Shown piece after piece: positions 1 to 11,700 of a stretch of 64,000 nt of DNA. The stretch comes from Macrostomum lignano (Eukaryota). The stretch covers positions 62,001-126,000 of the forward strand of contig NIVC01001545.1 of the NCBI GenBank assembly GCA_002269645.1. Reading direction: 5' to 3'. The position numbers were made by a program, and so were the translations under genes. A model generated the notes under the pieces. It did not search any database. It was given only the letters and a program-made list of their open reading frames with translations, and was not told the origin of the DNA. Position 1 is the stretch's first letter. Every line of letters starts with the position of its first letter.

Positions 1-781
1 CAATTTGCATGAAGAGAAAACAACTTGTCTTGACTGGTTCAAGCTTCAAATCAGCTTTCAATCCTTAATGGTTAGTTGAAAAATCTGTTAGGGCCTAGTA
101 GTATGTAAAAATGAGAACTTTTTATTTAAAAACATAATAGTTTAATATTGTAAAACTTTAAAACAAAAAATCAGTTAATATAGAATATAAAAAAATAAAG
201 CTTTTGTTTTAATTTTTGTTTAGAAAGGTGATTATATATACTTAGCAACATGTTAAAGTTTTTACCCCAAAGGCAAAGCTAATGGCCAACTTCTAGATTA
301 TTCATCAGTTGAATAATGAAAGAATTAATTAATTAATTAATTCCTAATATTATCATTGACAATACAATAATATCAGTTTATTTTTCTTCATATCAACTTG
401 ATTGCAAAATTAGCCCATATATGCCTGCAGATATAGTGTGAATTGCATTGGGTCTAAGATCTAAGAAAAGTTGACCACTAGTTTTTAAGTGGAAACTTTA
501 ACATAAATTTTAAAATAATTTTATTATTTTGATACTTTTGTCTTATAAGTTTCAACGATTAACAATTCTATCTAACTATATTATATAATGTTTTTTTATA
601 TTGCTAAATAATTGAACTTTCTATAAAATGCTATTTGGTTCTATTGATTTAGACAGAAAGCAATATTTATAAAAAAAACAGAGCAGTTTATTTACAACTT
701 ATTTATCAATGTCCCTCTTTGGCGTGTGAGTTTAATTAAATTTAATTTACTCGATGTTATCAATTTCAGATAGTCAAAATC

Positions 782-2234
782 ATGTCACAGTCTGCTACCA
801 GAAAAAGCAATTCGTCTTTAGTCCTGACAGCAACTGCACCGCCTGATGGAGTGTTTCAGGTTGGCATTTTCTTTAACTAGTAGCATATCTGAGGCCTAGT
901 GGGCGTACTAATATCTTTATTGTACTTCAATTGCCTTCCTCAGAGTGCCAAGGTATTCGAAGCCATTCGCGCTGGCCTAGCCGAAGAGGGCAAAGAACTT
1001 GTGAACCGAATCAAGGGCGTCTTCGCCTTCAAGGTTACTGGGGGCAGGGATGGCGCTGAAGGACTTTGGATTGTTGACTGCAAAACTGGCACCGGCTCTG
1101 TGGAGTTTGGCGGGAAAGGTGAGTGAGTCCATTGGATTCTCCTTTATTGCTGGGCCACCCTCCCAGATCCTCGGTTGCTGGGCCAGCCTCCAAGATCCTC
1201 CTTTATTGCTAGACCAGCCTCCAAGATCCTCCTTTATTGCTAGACCAGCCTCCAAGATCCTCCTTTATTGCTAGACCAGCCTCCAAGATTCTCCTTTATT
1301 GCTAGACCAGCCTCCAAGATCCTCCTTTATTGCTAGACCAGCCTCCAAGATTCTCCTTTATTGCTAGACCAGCCTCCAAGATCCTCCTTTATTGCTAGAC
1401 CAGCCTCCAAGATCCTCCTTTATTGCTAGACCAGCCTCCAAGATTCTCCTTTATTGCTAGACCAGCCTCCAAGATCCTCCTTTATTGCTAGACCAGCCTC
1501 CAAGATTCTCCTTTATTGCTAGACCAGCCTCCAAGATCCTCCTTTATTGCTAGACCAGCCTCCAAGATTCTCCTTTATTGCTAGACCAGCCTCCAAGATC
1601 CTCCTTTATTGCTAGACCAGCCTCCAAGATCCTCCTTTATTGCTAGACCAGCCTCCAAGATTCTCCTTTATTGCTAGACCAGCCTCCAAGATTCTCCTTT
1701 ATTGCTAGACCAGCCTCCCAGATCCTCAGTTGCTGGGCCAGCCTCCCAGATTCCCAGTTGCTTGGGCAGCCTTCCAGATCCTCAGTTGCTTGGGCAGCCT
1801 ACCAGAGTGTCAGTTGCTGGGCCAACTTCCTAGACCTGTTGCTGGGCCACCCGCCTCCCAGATCCTCAGTTGCTGAGCCACCAGCCTCTCAAATCCTGTT
1901 GCTGGGCCACCAGCCTCTCAGAACCCCTGTTGCTGGGCCACCAGCCTCCCAGATCCCCTATTGTTGGGCCACCAGTCTCCCAGATCTCCTGGGTCCAGTG
2001 ACCAGCGCAGATCCATACTGCTGCACCATACTAGGTAACAATTGAAGGTGAAACCTGTCCCGCAGGCAAGCCAGACGTGACCCTCACCATCAGCGACGTG
2101 GACCTGCTGCAGCTCATGAGCGGCAGGCTCAACCCCAGCAGGCCTTCTTCACTGGCCGATTAAAACTGCAAGGCAACATGGGGCTGGGCATGCGCCTCAA
2201 GGAGTTTCAGACGAAATTCTCTGGAAAGCTCTGA
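782..2234 (+). CDS. SCP2: Sterol carrier protein 2 (SCP2 domain) protein; exons ~782-859, 944-1118, 2066-2234; apparent 1-nt frameshift at 2133-2136
   Basis: The spliced translation matches the SCP2 fold: SAKVFEAIRAGLAEEGKELVNRIKGVFAFKV...LWIVDCKTGTGSV|GKPDVTLTISDVDLLQLMSGRLNP(Q)QAFFTGRLKLQGNMGLGMRLKEF..GKL*. GT-AG junctions are phase-consistent and the C-terminal GKL is PTS1-like. The 5' end is uncertain and could be the tail of a longer SCPx gene starting before the window. Confidence 0.85.
1131..1990. repeat. 31-bp minisatellite (ccagcctccaagatcctcctttattgctaga) in an SCP2 intron, degenerate after ~1720
   Basis: Directly visible tandem copies. Confidence 0.95.
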
Positions 2235-2650
2235 GCTTTAAAGCTTTTGTCCATCCTGATATTGACTGCCAGGTGGCTAGGTGTTTCAATCTAGAACTGA
2301 TCCTTAGTGCGCATAATCATAGCAATAAGTTTAGTCTTTAAACTACTCACGACCCTTTCAAGAGATTTTCCCGCTTTTTTTAATTTTGATTTTACAAGTT
2401 TTTTACACAAACTGTCTCGTGTTTAAATTAATTTTCAATTTTCAGTGCAGTCAGTATTGTACACTTGTATTCATTTTGCTTATTTAAGGTCAAGGCAACT
2501 TCTGTTTTGAAATAAATATGATTGATTTTAAATGATTTTACTATTGATTGATGTCCGTATGTTTCCTGTGTGGGCTTGGTGTATTTTTGTAGGTTCCCTA
2601 TTAATATCCTAAATGCAAACATAATCTACTATTGAGCATCTAAATTCGGA

Positions 2651-4148
2651 TTAGACACTCAGATAATCTCCTATCCAAAATTGCCCAGACACTCAGATAA
2701 TCTCCAATCTAAAATCACCCCAGACACTCAGATAATCTCATTTAAAATCCACCCAAACACTCAGATAATCCCCCATCTAAAATTGTCCCAGACACTCAGA
2801 TAATCTCCCATCCAAAATCCGCCAGACACTCAGATAATCTCCCATCCAAAATCCGCCAGACACTCAGATAATCTCCCATTAAAAATCGCCCTAGACACTC
2901 AGATAATCTCCCATCAAAGTCGCCCCAGACACTCAGATAATCTCATTTAAAATCCACCCATACACTCAGATAATCCCCCATCTAAAATTGCCCCAGACAC
3001 TCAGATAATCTCCTATCCAAAATTGCCCAGACACTCAGATAATCTCCAATCTAAAATCACCCCAGACACTCAGATAATCTCATTTAAAATCCACCCATAC
3101 ACTCAGATAATCCCCCATCTAAAATTGCCCCAGACACTCAGATAATCTCCTATCCAAAATTGCCCAGACACTCAGATAATCTCCAATCTAAAATCACCCC
3201 AGGCACTCAGATAATCTCATTTAAAATCCACCCAGACACTCAGATAATCCCCCATCTAAAATTGCCCCAGACACTCAGATAATCTCCCATTAAAAATTGC
3301 CCTAGACACTCAGATAATCTCCTATCCAAAATCCACCAGACACTCAGATAATCTCCCATTAAAAATCGCCCTAGACACTCAGATAATCTCCTATCCAAAA
3401 TCCGCCAGACACTCAGATAATCTCCCATTAAAAATCGCCCTAGACACTCAGATAATCTCCCATCAAAGTCGCCCCAGACACTCAGATAATCTCATTTAAA
3501 ATCCACCCATACACTCAGATAATCTCCCATCTAAAATCGCCCACACTCAGATAATCTCCCATCCAAAATCCGCCAGACACTCAGATAAGAGATAATCTTC
3601 CATTAAAAATCGCCGCAGACACTCAATCTCATTTAAAATCCCCCAAACACTCAGATAATCTCTCATTAAAAAACGCCCCAAACACTCAGATAATCTCCCA
3701 TTAAAAATCCCCCCAGACACTCAGATAATCTCCCTTCTAAAATCCCCTAGACACTCAGATAAGAGATAATCTTCCATTAAAAATCGCCGCAGACACTCAA
3801 TCTCATTTAAAATCCCCCAAACACTCAGATAATCTCCCATTAAAAATCGCTCCCAACACTCCGATAATCTCCCATCCAAAATCGACCCAGAAACTCAGAT
3901 AATCTCCCATTAAAAATCCCCCCAGACACTCAGATAATCTCCCTTCTAAAATCCCCTAGACACTCAGATAAGAGATAATCTTCCATTAAAAATCGCCGCA
4001 GACACTCAATCTCATTTAAAATCCCCCAAACACTCAGATAATCTCCCATTAAAAATCGCTCCCAACACTCCGATAATCTCCCATCCAAAATCGACCCAGA
4101 AACTCAGATAATCTCCTATTAAAAATCGCCCCAGACACTCAGATAATC
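2651..4148. repeat. ~33-34-bp minisatellite (gacactcagataatctcccat..aaaatc..cca) with higher-order blocks, between SCP2 and THOC5
   Basis: Directly visible tandem copies ending about 35 bp before the THOC5 ATG. Confidence 0.95.
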
Positions 4149-4184
4149 TTGGGAGAAAAACATTGCAGCAAAATTCAGGTTGCC

Positions 4185-7100
4185 ATGCCAACCAAAACGG
4201 ACGCCTCGGCCGCAGCTGCTGGCACAGTCAAGCGAAAGATCTCTCGCAGATCAGCTGCACAGTCAACTACTGCTAGTAGTAATGCTAGTAGTAGTAGTGC
4301 AGCAGCTGCAACTCAGCCCGATGCTCCTGCAGCTAAGGTGACAGTAACTGAGGAACCAACGCCTAGCACAGCCAAGCCTGCAGTTAGCATCGATCCAATT
4401 AGAAAAGCATTCTTCTTTGAAGAGGAAGGCAGCGCTGGTATCGGCAGCGCAGATGACGATTGCACTGACGCAGCTGACAGAGACAGCGGCCCGCTTGTAG
4501 CTTTCATGGCTGTGAAAAACAGCCTGCTAGCCCGCCTGTCTGAGGTGGCTCAGTTAAAAGCGAAGTCTGCCATGGAGTCAGCTGATCAAAGCCGTCTGGA
4601 AGCCCTGCGCACCGGCTGCATGACGGATCTGATGGTTATGAAGCGGCTGAATCGCGAGGCCCAGTTCCGATTGAAACGAGCCCGCGAGCTGACGGCCAGT
4701 TCTAAACTCCAAGCCGATTCGCGACATTTGCAATTGCAGAATTTATTGTACGAATGTCGGCATTTGCAAAGGGAAATCACCAGATGTCAGGTTAGTTAAT
4801 AGTTATAGTAGGTAAATTCGTATTTAGCATTTGTTTTTTTTAAATTAACTAAAAACGGTGATAATATGCGCAATTTTTTTGTATAGTAGGCTTGAGTAGT
4901 ATAAAATGCGTTTTGTGGTAAAAATTATTTAAACTAATTAAAAAAATTGCGCAATTTTCTTTTTCAGTAGTTTTAAGTAGCAGTATTAGCGTTTTTGTCG
5001 GAATCTTTTTCTTACTCAAAAAATTCTCCGTTTTTCACCACTCTTTCAAGGACTTTCGCTCTCGCCACGAGACAATCACCCTGGCGCCATTGGATCAATT
5101 CGCTCGCGAATCTGGCGTCAATCCGGACGAACTGTCCGAGCACGAGTGCACTCTGGCCAGGCTGCGCTGGGAGCTCAAGCAGCGCGAACAGCTGGCTAAG
5201 CAACTCCGTGCCGGCAAACGAGAAGCTGCCGCTGTTCAGGCCGACATCGCCGAGAAGCGTCGTCGACTTCACTCGCTGGCGCCGCTGCTGGAGACGGTGG
5301 CCAAAGCGGCCGAGCCGGTGGAATCGGCGCTCGGTTTGGACTCCGGCCCAGGCGCCAGCGCCAATGCTCGATGGAAGGCCGAGTCTGCCGCTAAACTGCT
5401 GCCGGCGCCGCTGTACCTGCTCTACTGTCAGCTGAGCGCCTATGCTGACAGCGGCTGTCTAGGCGAGGATGATGCCGATAAACCCCCTGCTATGCTGGTT
5501 AGTCTTAGTATTTTAATTACTAATGCTGCGTTTGGTGCCGAAATGTATCGAAAATTGGGTTTAAGTATAGTTGTCAATAATGCATCGAAATTATAATATA
5601 TTTGTGAATGGTGCATATATATATATATATATATGTATTGAACATTGGATTCATTATTATCTTTGTCAGTAGTGCTGATGTGTATCGAAAATTCGATTTA
5701 ATAACAGCGTCGATGATGCCGGGATGTATCGAAAATTGGGTTTAATATCAGCGTCGATAGTGCCGATATGTATCGAACTTTAGTTTAATATCAGCGTCGA
5801 TGGTGCCGATATGTGTCGAAAATCGGATCTAATGTAAAAGTTGTCAGTGGAGCCGATATCCATCCGAAATTGGGTTTATTATCGTCGCCAATGGTGCCGA
5901 TATGTATAGAAAATTGTATTAAATAAATGCATAAATGATTCCCAATATATGTTCAATATAATTATTTAAACTAAATTAATTTTTCATTATACGTTTTGAC
6001 TATTAAAACTACTTTGAAAATATTGAATATACTTTGCCGATATGTATCGAAAATTAGATCATTTTTTGAATTCCTGTCGGTTTTTTGATAGAAAATGTGT
6101 AGCTGCTGGTTTAAATTTATGTTACTGGAACGTGTATGCCGATATGTATCGAAAGGTACTCTAAATACACTAAATTTCACTAACTGCCTTTCTACCGTGT
6201 CAATCGCAGGTTGAAATAATCGGCGATCAAGACGAAGCCGCTGCTATTCGTCAGGCCGAGCTTGACCGATTGAAATCGGCCAGCTCTGCAGACCCGACAA
6301 AGACGGCCGGCGGCGGCGGCAAAGTTGGCAACAAAGACCCGGCCTTTGAAGATGAAGACGATGAAGAAGAAGAAGAGCTGGCTAAAAGCAAGAAGAAAAA
6401 GAAGAAGACAAAGAAAGACAAGATGAAATCTGGCAATAATTCCAAGAGTAAAAAGTCGGCCGGCAAGAGAGGCCACGATGAAGCTGATGATGAAGAAGAG
6501 GCTGGGACTGACAGCGGCGCCGAGGAGTCGGCAGTCCGCCAGCTGCTCAGCCCGCACCCGCTGAGTGTCCGGCTGAGCCTGTCCGTGCCCACCTGTCCGG
6601 AAAGGCGCCTGTCGCTGCAGTTCTACTACCTGACCGGCTGCAGAGTTGTGACAGTGCGTCACGTGACTATTGAACCGGCGCCTGCAGCGTTTAGCTCTAA
6701 AAATTCGTTGATTATTGCTGATGACGCCGGCGGCACTGGGGCGGACAGCGACATGCAGCGCCTGCTGGACTGTCTGTACCCCGGCGACGATGCCCGACGG
6801 GCTCCCGGCTACGCCGTCAGGCACGCCCTTGGAGGCGTTGGAGATGATTTTCTCTGGCTCCGTCGGCGAGATGTCGGCCTGGCCTACGGCTGGGCCCAGC
6901 GGTTGGCCGGCATTGTCTGTCAGAGCGGGGCCGATAGCAAAGGTAGGCCTACCTCTTTGTCAAGTAGATTTGCCGATATGTATCGAAAATTGTGTTTTTA
7001 ATATAGGCTGACTCCATTGCCGATATGTATCGACAATTGTGTTCTTAACATAGGCGGACTACATTGACAATATTTATCGACAATTGTGTTCTTAATATAG

Positions 7101-8370
7101 GCGGACTACATTGACAATATTTATCAAAAATTGTGTTCTTAATAAACGCCGACTAGATTGCCGATATGTATCGAAAATTGTGTTTTTAATAGAAGCGGAC
7201 TACATTGCCGATATGTATCGAAAATTGTGTTTTTAATATAGGCGGACTACATCTACATTGACTATATTTATCGAAAATTGTGTTTTTAATATAGGCGGAC
7301 TCCATTGCCGATATGTATCGACAATTGTGTTCTTAACATAGGCCGACTAGATTGCCGATATGTATCGAAAATTGTGTTTTTAATATAAGCGGACTACATT
7401 GCCGATATGTATCGAAAATTGTGTTTTTAATAGAGGCGGACTACATTGACTATATTTATCGACAATTGTGTTCTTAATATAGGCGCACTACATTGACTAT
7501 ATTTATCGACAATTGTGTTCTTAATATAGGCGCACTACATTGACTATATTTATCGACAATTGTGTTCTTAATATAGGCGCACTACATTGACTATATTTAT
7601 CGAGAATTATGATAATACGATTGAGCAGAATTGGCTGAAGCAGGGGGGGGGGGACTGGCATTGGTCCGTACAGCAGTCAGTATAGAATAAGACCTAAGTG
7701 TCATATGCCCCACCCCCTCCCCCCCGCCAACCTACTCCCAGCCTCAATCGACATCGTGCTGGACTCTGAAGCGTCGTTTCGCGGCGTCGCCGATTGCGTT
7801 CGCCGGCTTCGACGTCGCGCCGATGCTCGCCTGCAGCTGCTGGCCCGGCTGGAGGACCTGGCAGCCGGTCACTTAGCAACCAAACTGCCTGCGATTGGCC
7901 TGCCGCCCATCGCCAGTTGCACTTTGTCGCGTCCTTGGCAACGCATCAGCTACGACGCCTATTGTGAATTGAGCTGCACAGCCAGGCTGCGGGAGCTCGC
8001 GCTGCCGTCGGATTTGTTCTTCTCCGCTGCCATTCGCTGCAGTCAGCAGCGAATTGCCTTCCTGGCTCTGTGCGTGCCTGTTGACTATCCCGATCGTCTG
8101 CCGCTGTTTGGCGTCGGTGTCGCTCCAGCCGCCGCCGCCGACAATCCCAGTTCGGCGATGCTCACCTGTTCGAGCGATCTGGAATTGCACGAGGTCGAGT
8201 CCGAGATCAATGTTCATCCGCTGGAGTTCCTGCCTGACGAAGCTGACAGGCAGAATGTGCTGCCTGTGCAACTGCACCGGCTGGCCCTGGCTCTGGAGAT
8301 GTACTTTAAGCGGCATCAAAGCGGCGGTGCAAATCCGCCGAATCGTTCCGGGCGACCTTATCGACCTTGA
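4185..8370 (+). CDS. THOC5: THO complex subunit 5 (FMIP); exons 4185-4790, 5051-5497, 6210-6942, 7742-8370 (~804 aa)
   Basis: Recognisable THOC5 motifs: MKRLNREAQFRLKRAR..HLQLQNLLYECRHLQREITRC|DFRSRHE, TLARLRWELKQR, LPAPLYLLYCQL, HPLSV..LQFYYL, LDCLYPGD, YGWAQRLAG. All junctions are GT-AG and the summed exon length is divisible by 3. Confidence 0.92.
5520..6155. repeat. Degenerate repeat with gccgatatgtatcgaaaatt core (THOC5 intron 2)
   Basis: Repeated core visible by eye. Confidence 0.8.
6965..7605. repeat. ~47-bp minisatellite (gccgatatgtatcgaaaattgtgtttttaatataggcggactacatt) in THOC5 intron 3
   Basis: Directly visible tandem copies. Confidence 0.9.
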
Positions 8371-8735
8371 GTTAGCTTGAAGTTTGAGTAGACAGTCTGA
8401 ACAGGTTCTCAATGCTAGCTAATTAGTTACTAAATTATGGCTCTGTTGTTTCAATTTGCAACATCTTTGAAAAATGCGTTTACTCTAATAATATTACTAA
8501 TAGTAGTAATAATTAATTATAAATAAACTTCGAACATTTTTGTCAGCTGTTGGTAATTTCATCGTGTGGTTTGCAACTTTCCTTTAAGTCTGTCTTGATA
8601 GGTCTTCTGTGACTATAGAAGCTCAATTTTATTGGCAATTAATAAATTTCACCGCAATTCCAGCTCCAATCCCAACTAATCTATATAAAAGTACATCGGC
8701 AAGCTCCTATAGTCACTGTCTCGCAACAGTCGGAC

Positions 8736-11700
8736 ATGTCCGGTCGCGGTTCTCAGAAGCAGCAAGGCGGAGCCGCCAGCGCAGCAAAGCGACGTCGATT
8801 CAACGATGATGACGATGATGACGAAGATTACGGCAGGTCCACTTTTGAGCAGGTTGGTGGTTGCTATGGTGATTGCTCAGGGGAGCTGCGACCACTGCTG
8901 TGGTGTGGTCTGTCGGTGTGAACATTTTCTCATGTTTTTAGCTGCTCGTGTCATGGTCCTCATCCCGTGTCTTCTAGTTCCTTGATCCCGTGTCTTTTAG
9001 TCCCTTGATCCCGTGTCTTCTAGTCCCTTGATCCCGTGTCTTCTAGTCCCTTGATCAAATGTCTTCTAGTCCCTTAATCCTATGTCTTCAAGTCCCTAAT
9101 CTCGTGTCACAGGATGGATGGATTAAAGGCTTTGAGATGTTGTATCAGTAACTAAAATATACTGGATCAAGGACCTACAGTAATGGAATCAGAGGACTTT
9201 CAAGAAACTTAGTCAGGAACTTGAAGACGCGGGATCAAGGGATTTAAAGACATTAGTTGCCTTCAGCTTAATAAATCCTGTGAAAAAACTCCCCAGGAGC
9301 TGGCCATGTTCGAGGAGGAGGCAGACGCCGCCGCAGCCGAAGCCGCCGACGCCGCCGATGTCGCTGCGATCATTGACGCTGACGCCGCCTCCGCCGCGGC
9401 GGCTAACGCCGGTGCCGACGCCAAGAAATGGCGCCGGGCGCCGCTGCCGCATGCCGCAGACCCGGCCACCCAGCCGCTGGTGTTCCAGCAGATGGACTTG
9501 GACTGCTACACCCTGCCTGCGGCTGGCTCGGGCTCCGGCGCCAGCCCCGTAGTCCGCATGTACGGCATCACCGAGGCCGGGCACTCAGTCCTGGTGCATG
9601 TGCACGGATTCAATCCCTACTTCTTTGTGCCCGCGCCTGAGGGCTTCTCGCCTGCCGATTGTCATTCGTTTAAGCAGGCGCTCAATCAGGCTGTGCTCAA
9701 AGATCTGCGCGGGAATCGAGAGGGAATTGTTGAAGCCGTGGTTGCCGTCAGGCTGGTTGATAAGGAAAGCATCTACGGTTTCCATAGGAACAGGAAGCAG
9801 CCGTTTCTACGGGTGACCGTAGCGCTGCAGCGGCTGATGGCGCCGGCTAAGAGGCTGCTGGAGCAGGGGTTCTCCTGGCTGCAGGGCCGCGGCTCCCACT
9901 GTTTCAGCCTGTATGAGGCTAATATCGATTTTGAGATCAGGTTTATGGTGGATACCGGACTGGTTGGCTGTTGCTGGGTGAGTTGTGATTGTTTATCATG
10001 TGTATTTTTAATGTATTTTCGTGTGTTGATCATGTGCAATTCATGTGCTCTCTTGTGTTTACCATGTGTATATCATGTATTTTCGTGTGTTTAGCATGCG
10101 TATTTGATGTGCTCTCTTGTGTTTATCCTGTGTATTTTTTATGTATTTTTGTGTGTTTAGCATGCGTATTTGATGTGCTTTCTTGTGTTTACCATATGTT
10201 TATCATGTGTATATCATGTGTTTTCGTGTGTTAAGCATGTGCATATTATGTGTTGTCCTGTTTTAAACATGTGTATATCATATGCTTTCTTTGTTATAAG
10301 CATGTGCATTTTATGTGATTTTGTGTTTCAACATAATGTGCTTTCCTGTGCTCACCAGGTGGAGCTGCCGGCGGGCAAGTACACCCTGCGCGAGAAGGAG
10401 AACCGCTTGGCGCCTCAGTCGCGCTGCCAGCTCGAAGCCGACGTGGCCTCCTGGTCCGATGTGGTGGCGCACCCAGCCGAAGGCGTCTGGAGCAAAGTGG
10501 CCCCGCTGAGAATTCTCAGCTTCGATATCGAATGCGCTGGCAGGCGCGGGGTGTTCCCCGAACCCGAGCGGGATCCAGTCATCCAGATTGCCAACATGGT
10601 GGTGCGTCACGGCGAGACCGACCCGTTCATTCGGAATGTCTTCACCTTGGGCACCTGCGCTTCCATTGTTGGCTCTCAGGTGTGTTTTAGCTACTGTCTT
10701 GCTTGATCCCCGAAATCCCACTCCCTTCCCAGGTGTAGTCGATCTCTGATACCTATAGCTAATCCCCATCTCTTACCAGGTGCAATCAATCTCTGATCCC
10801 TATAACTAATCCCCATCTCTTCCCAGGTGCAATCAATCTCTGATCCCTATAATTAATCCCCATCTCTTCCCAGGTGTAATCCGATCTCTGATCCCTATAA
10901 TTAATCCCCATTTTTTTCGCAGGTGTAATCCGATATCTAATCCCTATAATTAATCCCCATCTCTTCCCAGGTGTAATCCGATCTCTGATCCCTATAATTA
11001 ATCCCCATCTCTTCCCAGGTGTAATCCGATCTCTGATCCCTATAATTAAGCCCCATCTCTTCCCAGGTGTAATCCGATCTCTGATCCCTATAATTAATCC
11101 CCATCTCTTCCCAGGTGTAATCCAATCTCTGATCCCTATAATTAAGCCCCATTTCTTCCCAGGTGTAATCCGATCTCTGATCCCTATAATTAATCCCCAT
11201 TTCTTCCCAGGTGCAATCAATCTCTGATCCCTATAATTAATCCCCATTTCTTTCCAGGTGTAATCCGATCTCTGATCCCTATAATTAATTCCCATTTCTT
11301 CCCAGGTGTAATCCGATCTCTGATCCCTATAATTAAGCCCCATTTCTTCCCAGGTGCAATCAATCTCTGATCCCTATAATTAATCTCCATTTCTTCCCAG
11401 GTGTAATCCGATCTCTGATCCCTATAATTAATTCCCATTTCTTCCCAGGTGTAATCCGATCTCTGATCCCTATAATTAATTCCCATTTCTTCCCAGGTGT
11501 AATCCGATCTCTGATCCCTATAATTAATCCCCATTTCTTCCCAGGTGCAATCAATCTCTGATCCCTATAATTAATCCAATCCTCAAGTTTACCCCCCCCC
11601 GCAAAAAATATCCAAATTTCATTAATAAATTCCTGTGATATATACTAATCTCCAAGTCCTCCAACCCTAACCCCAACTCACGCAGGTGCTGTCCTTCAAG

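Noticed and set aside
709-725. ATG mini-exon MSLFG upstream of SCP2
   Set aside because: The canonical donor (gtgagt) gives phase 2, which hits stops at the nearby acceptors tested; it could be UTR, so no coding call is made.
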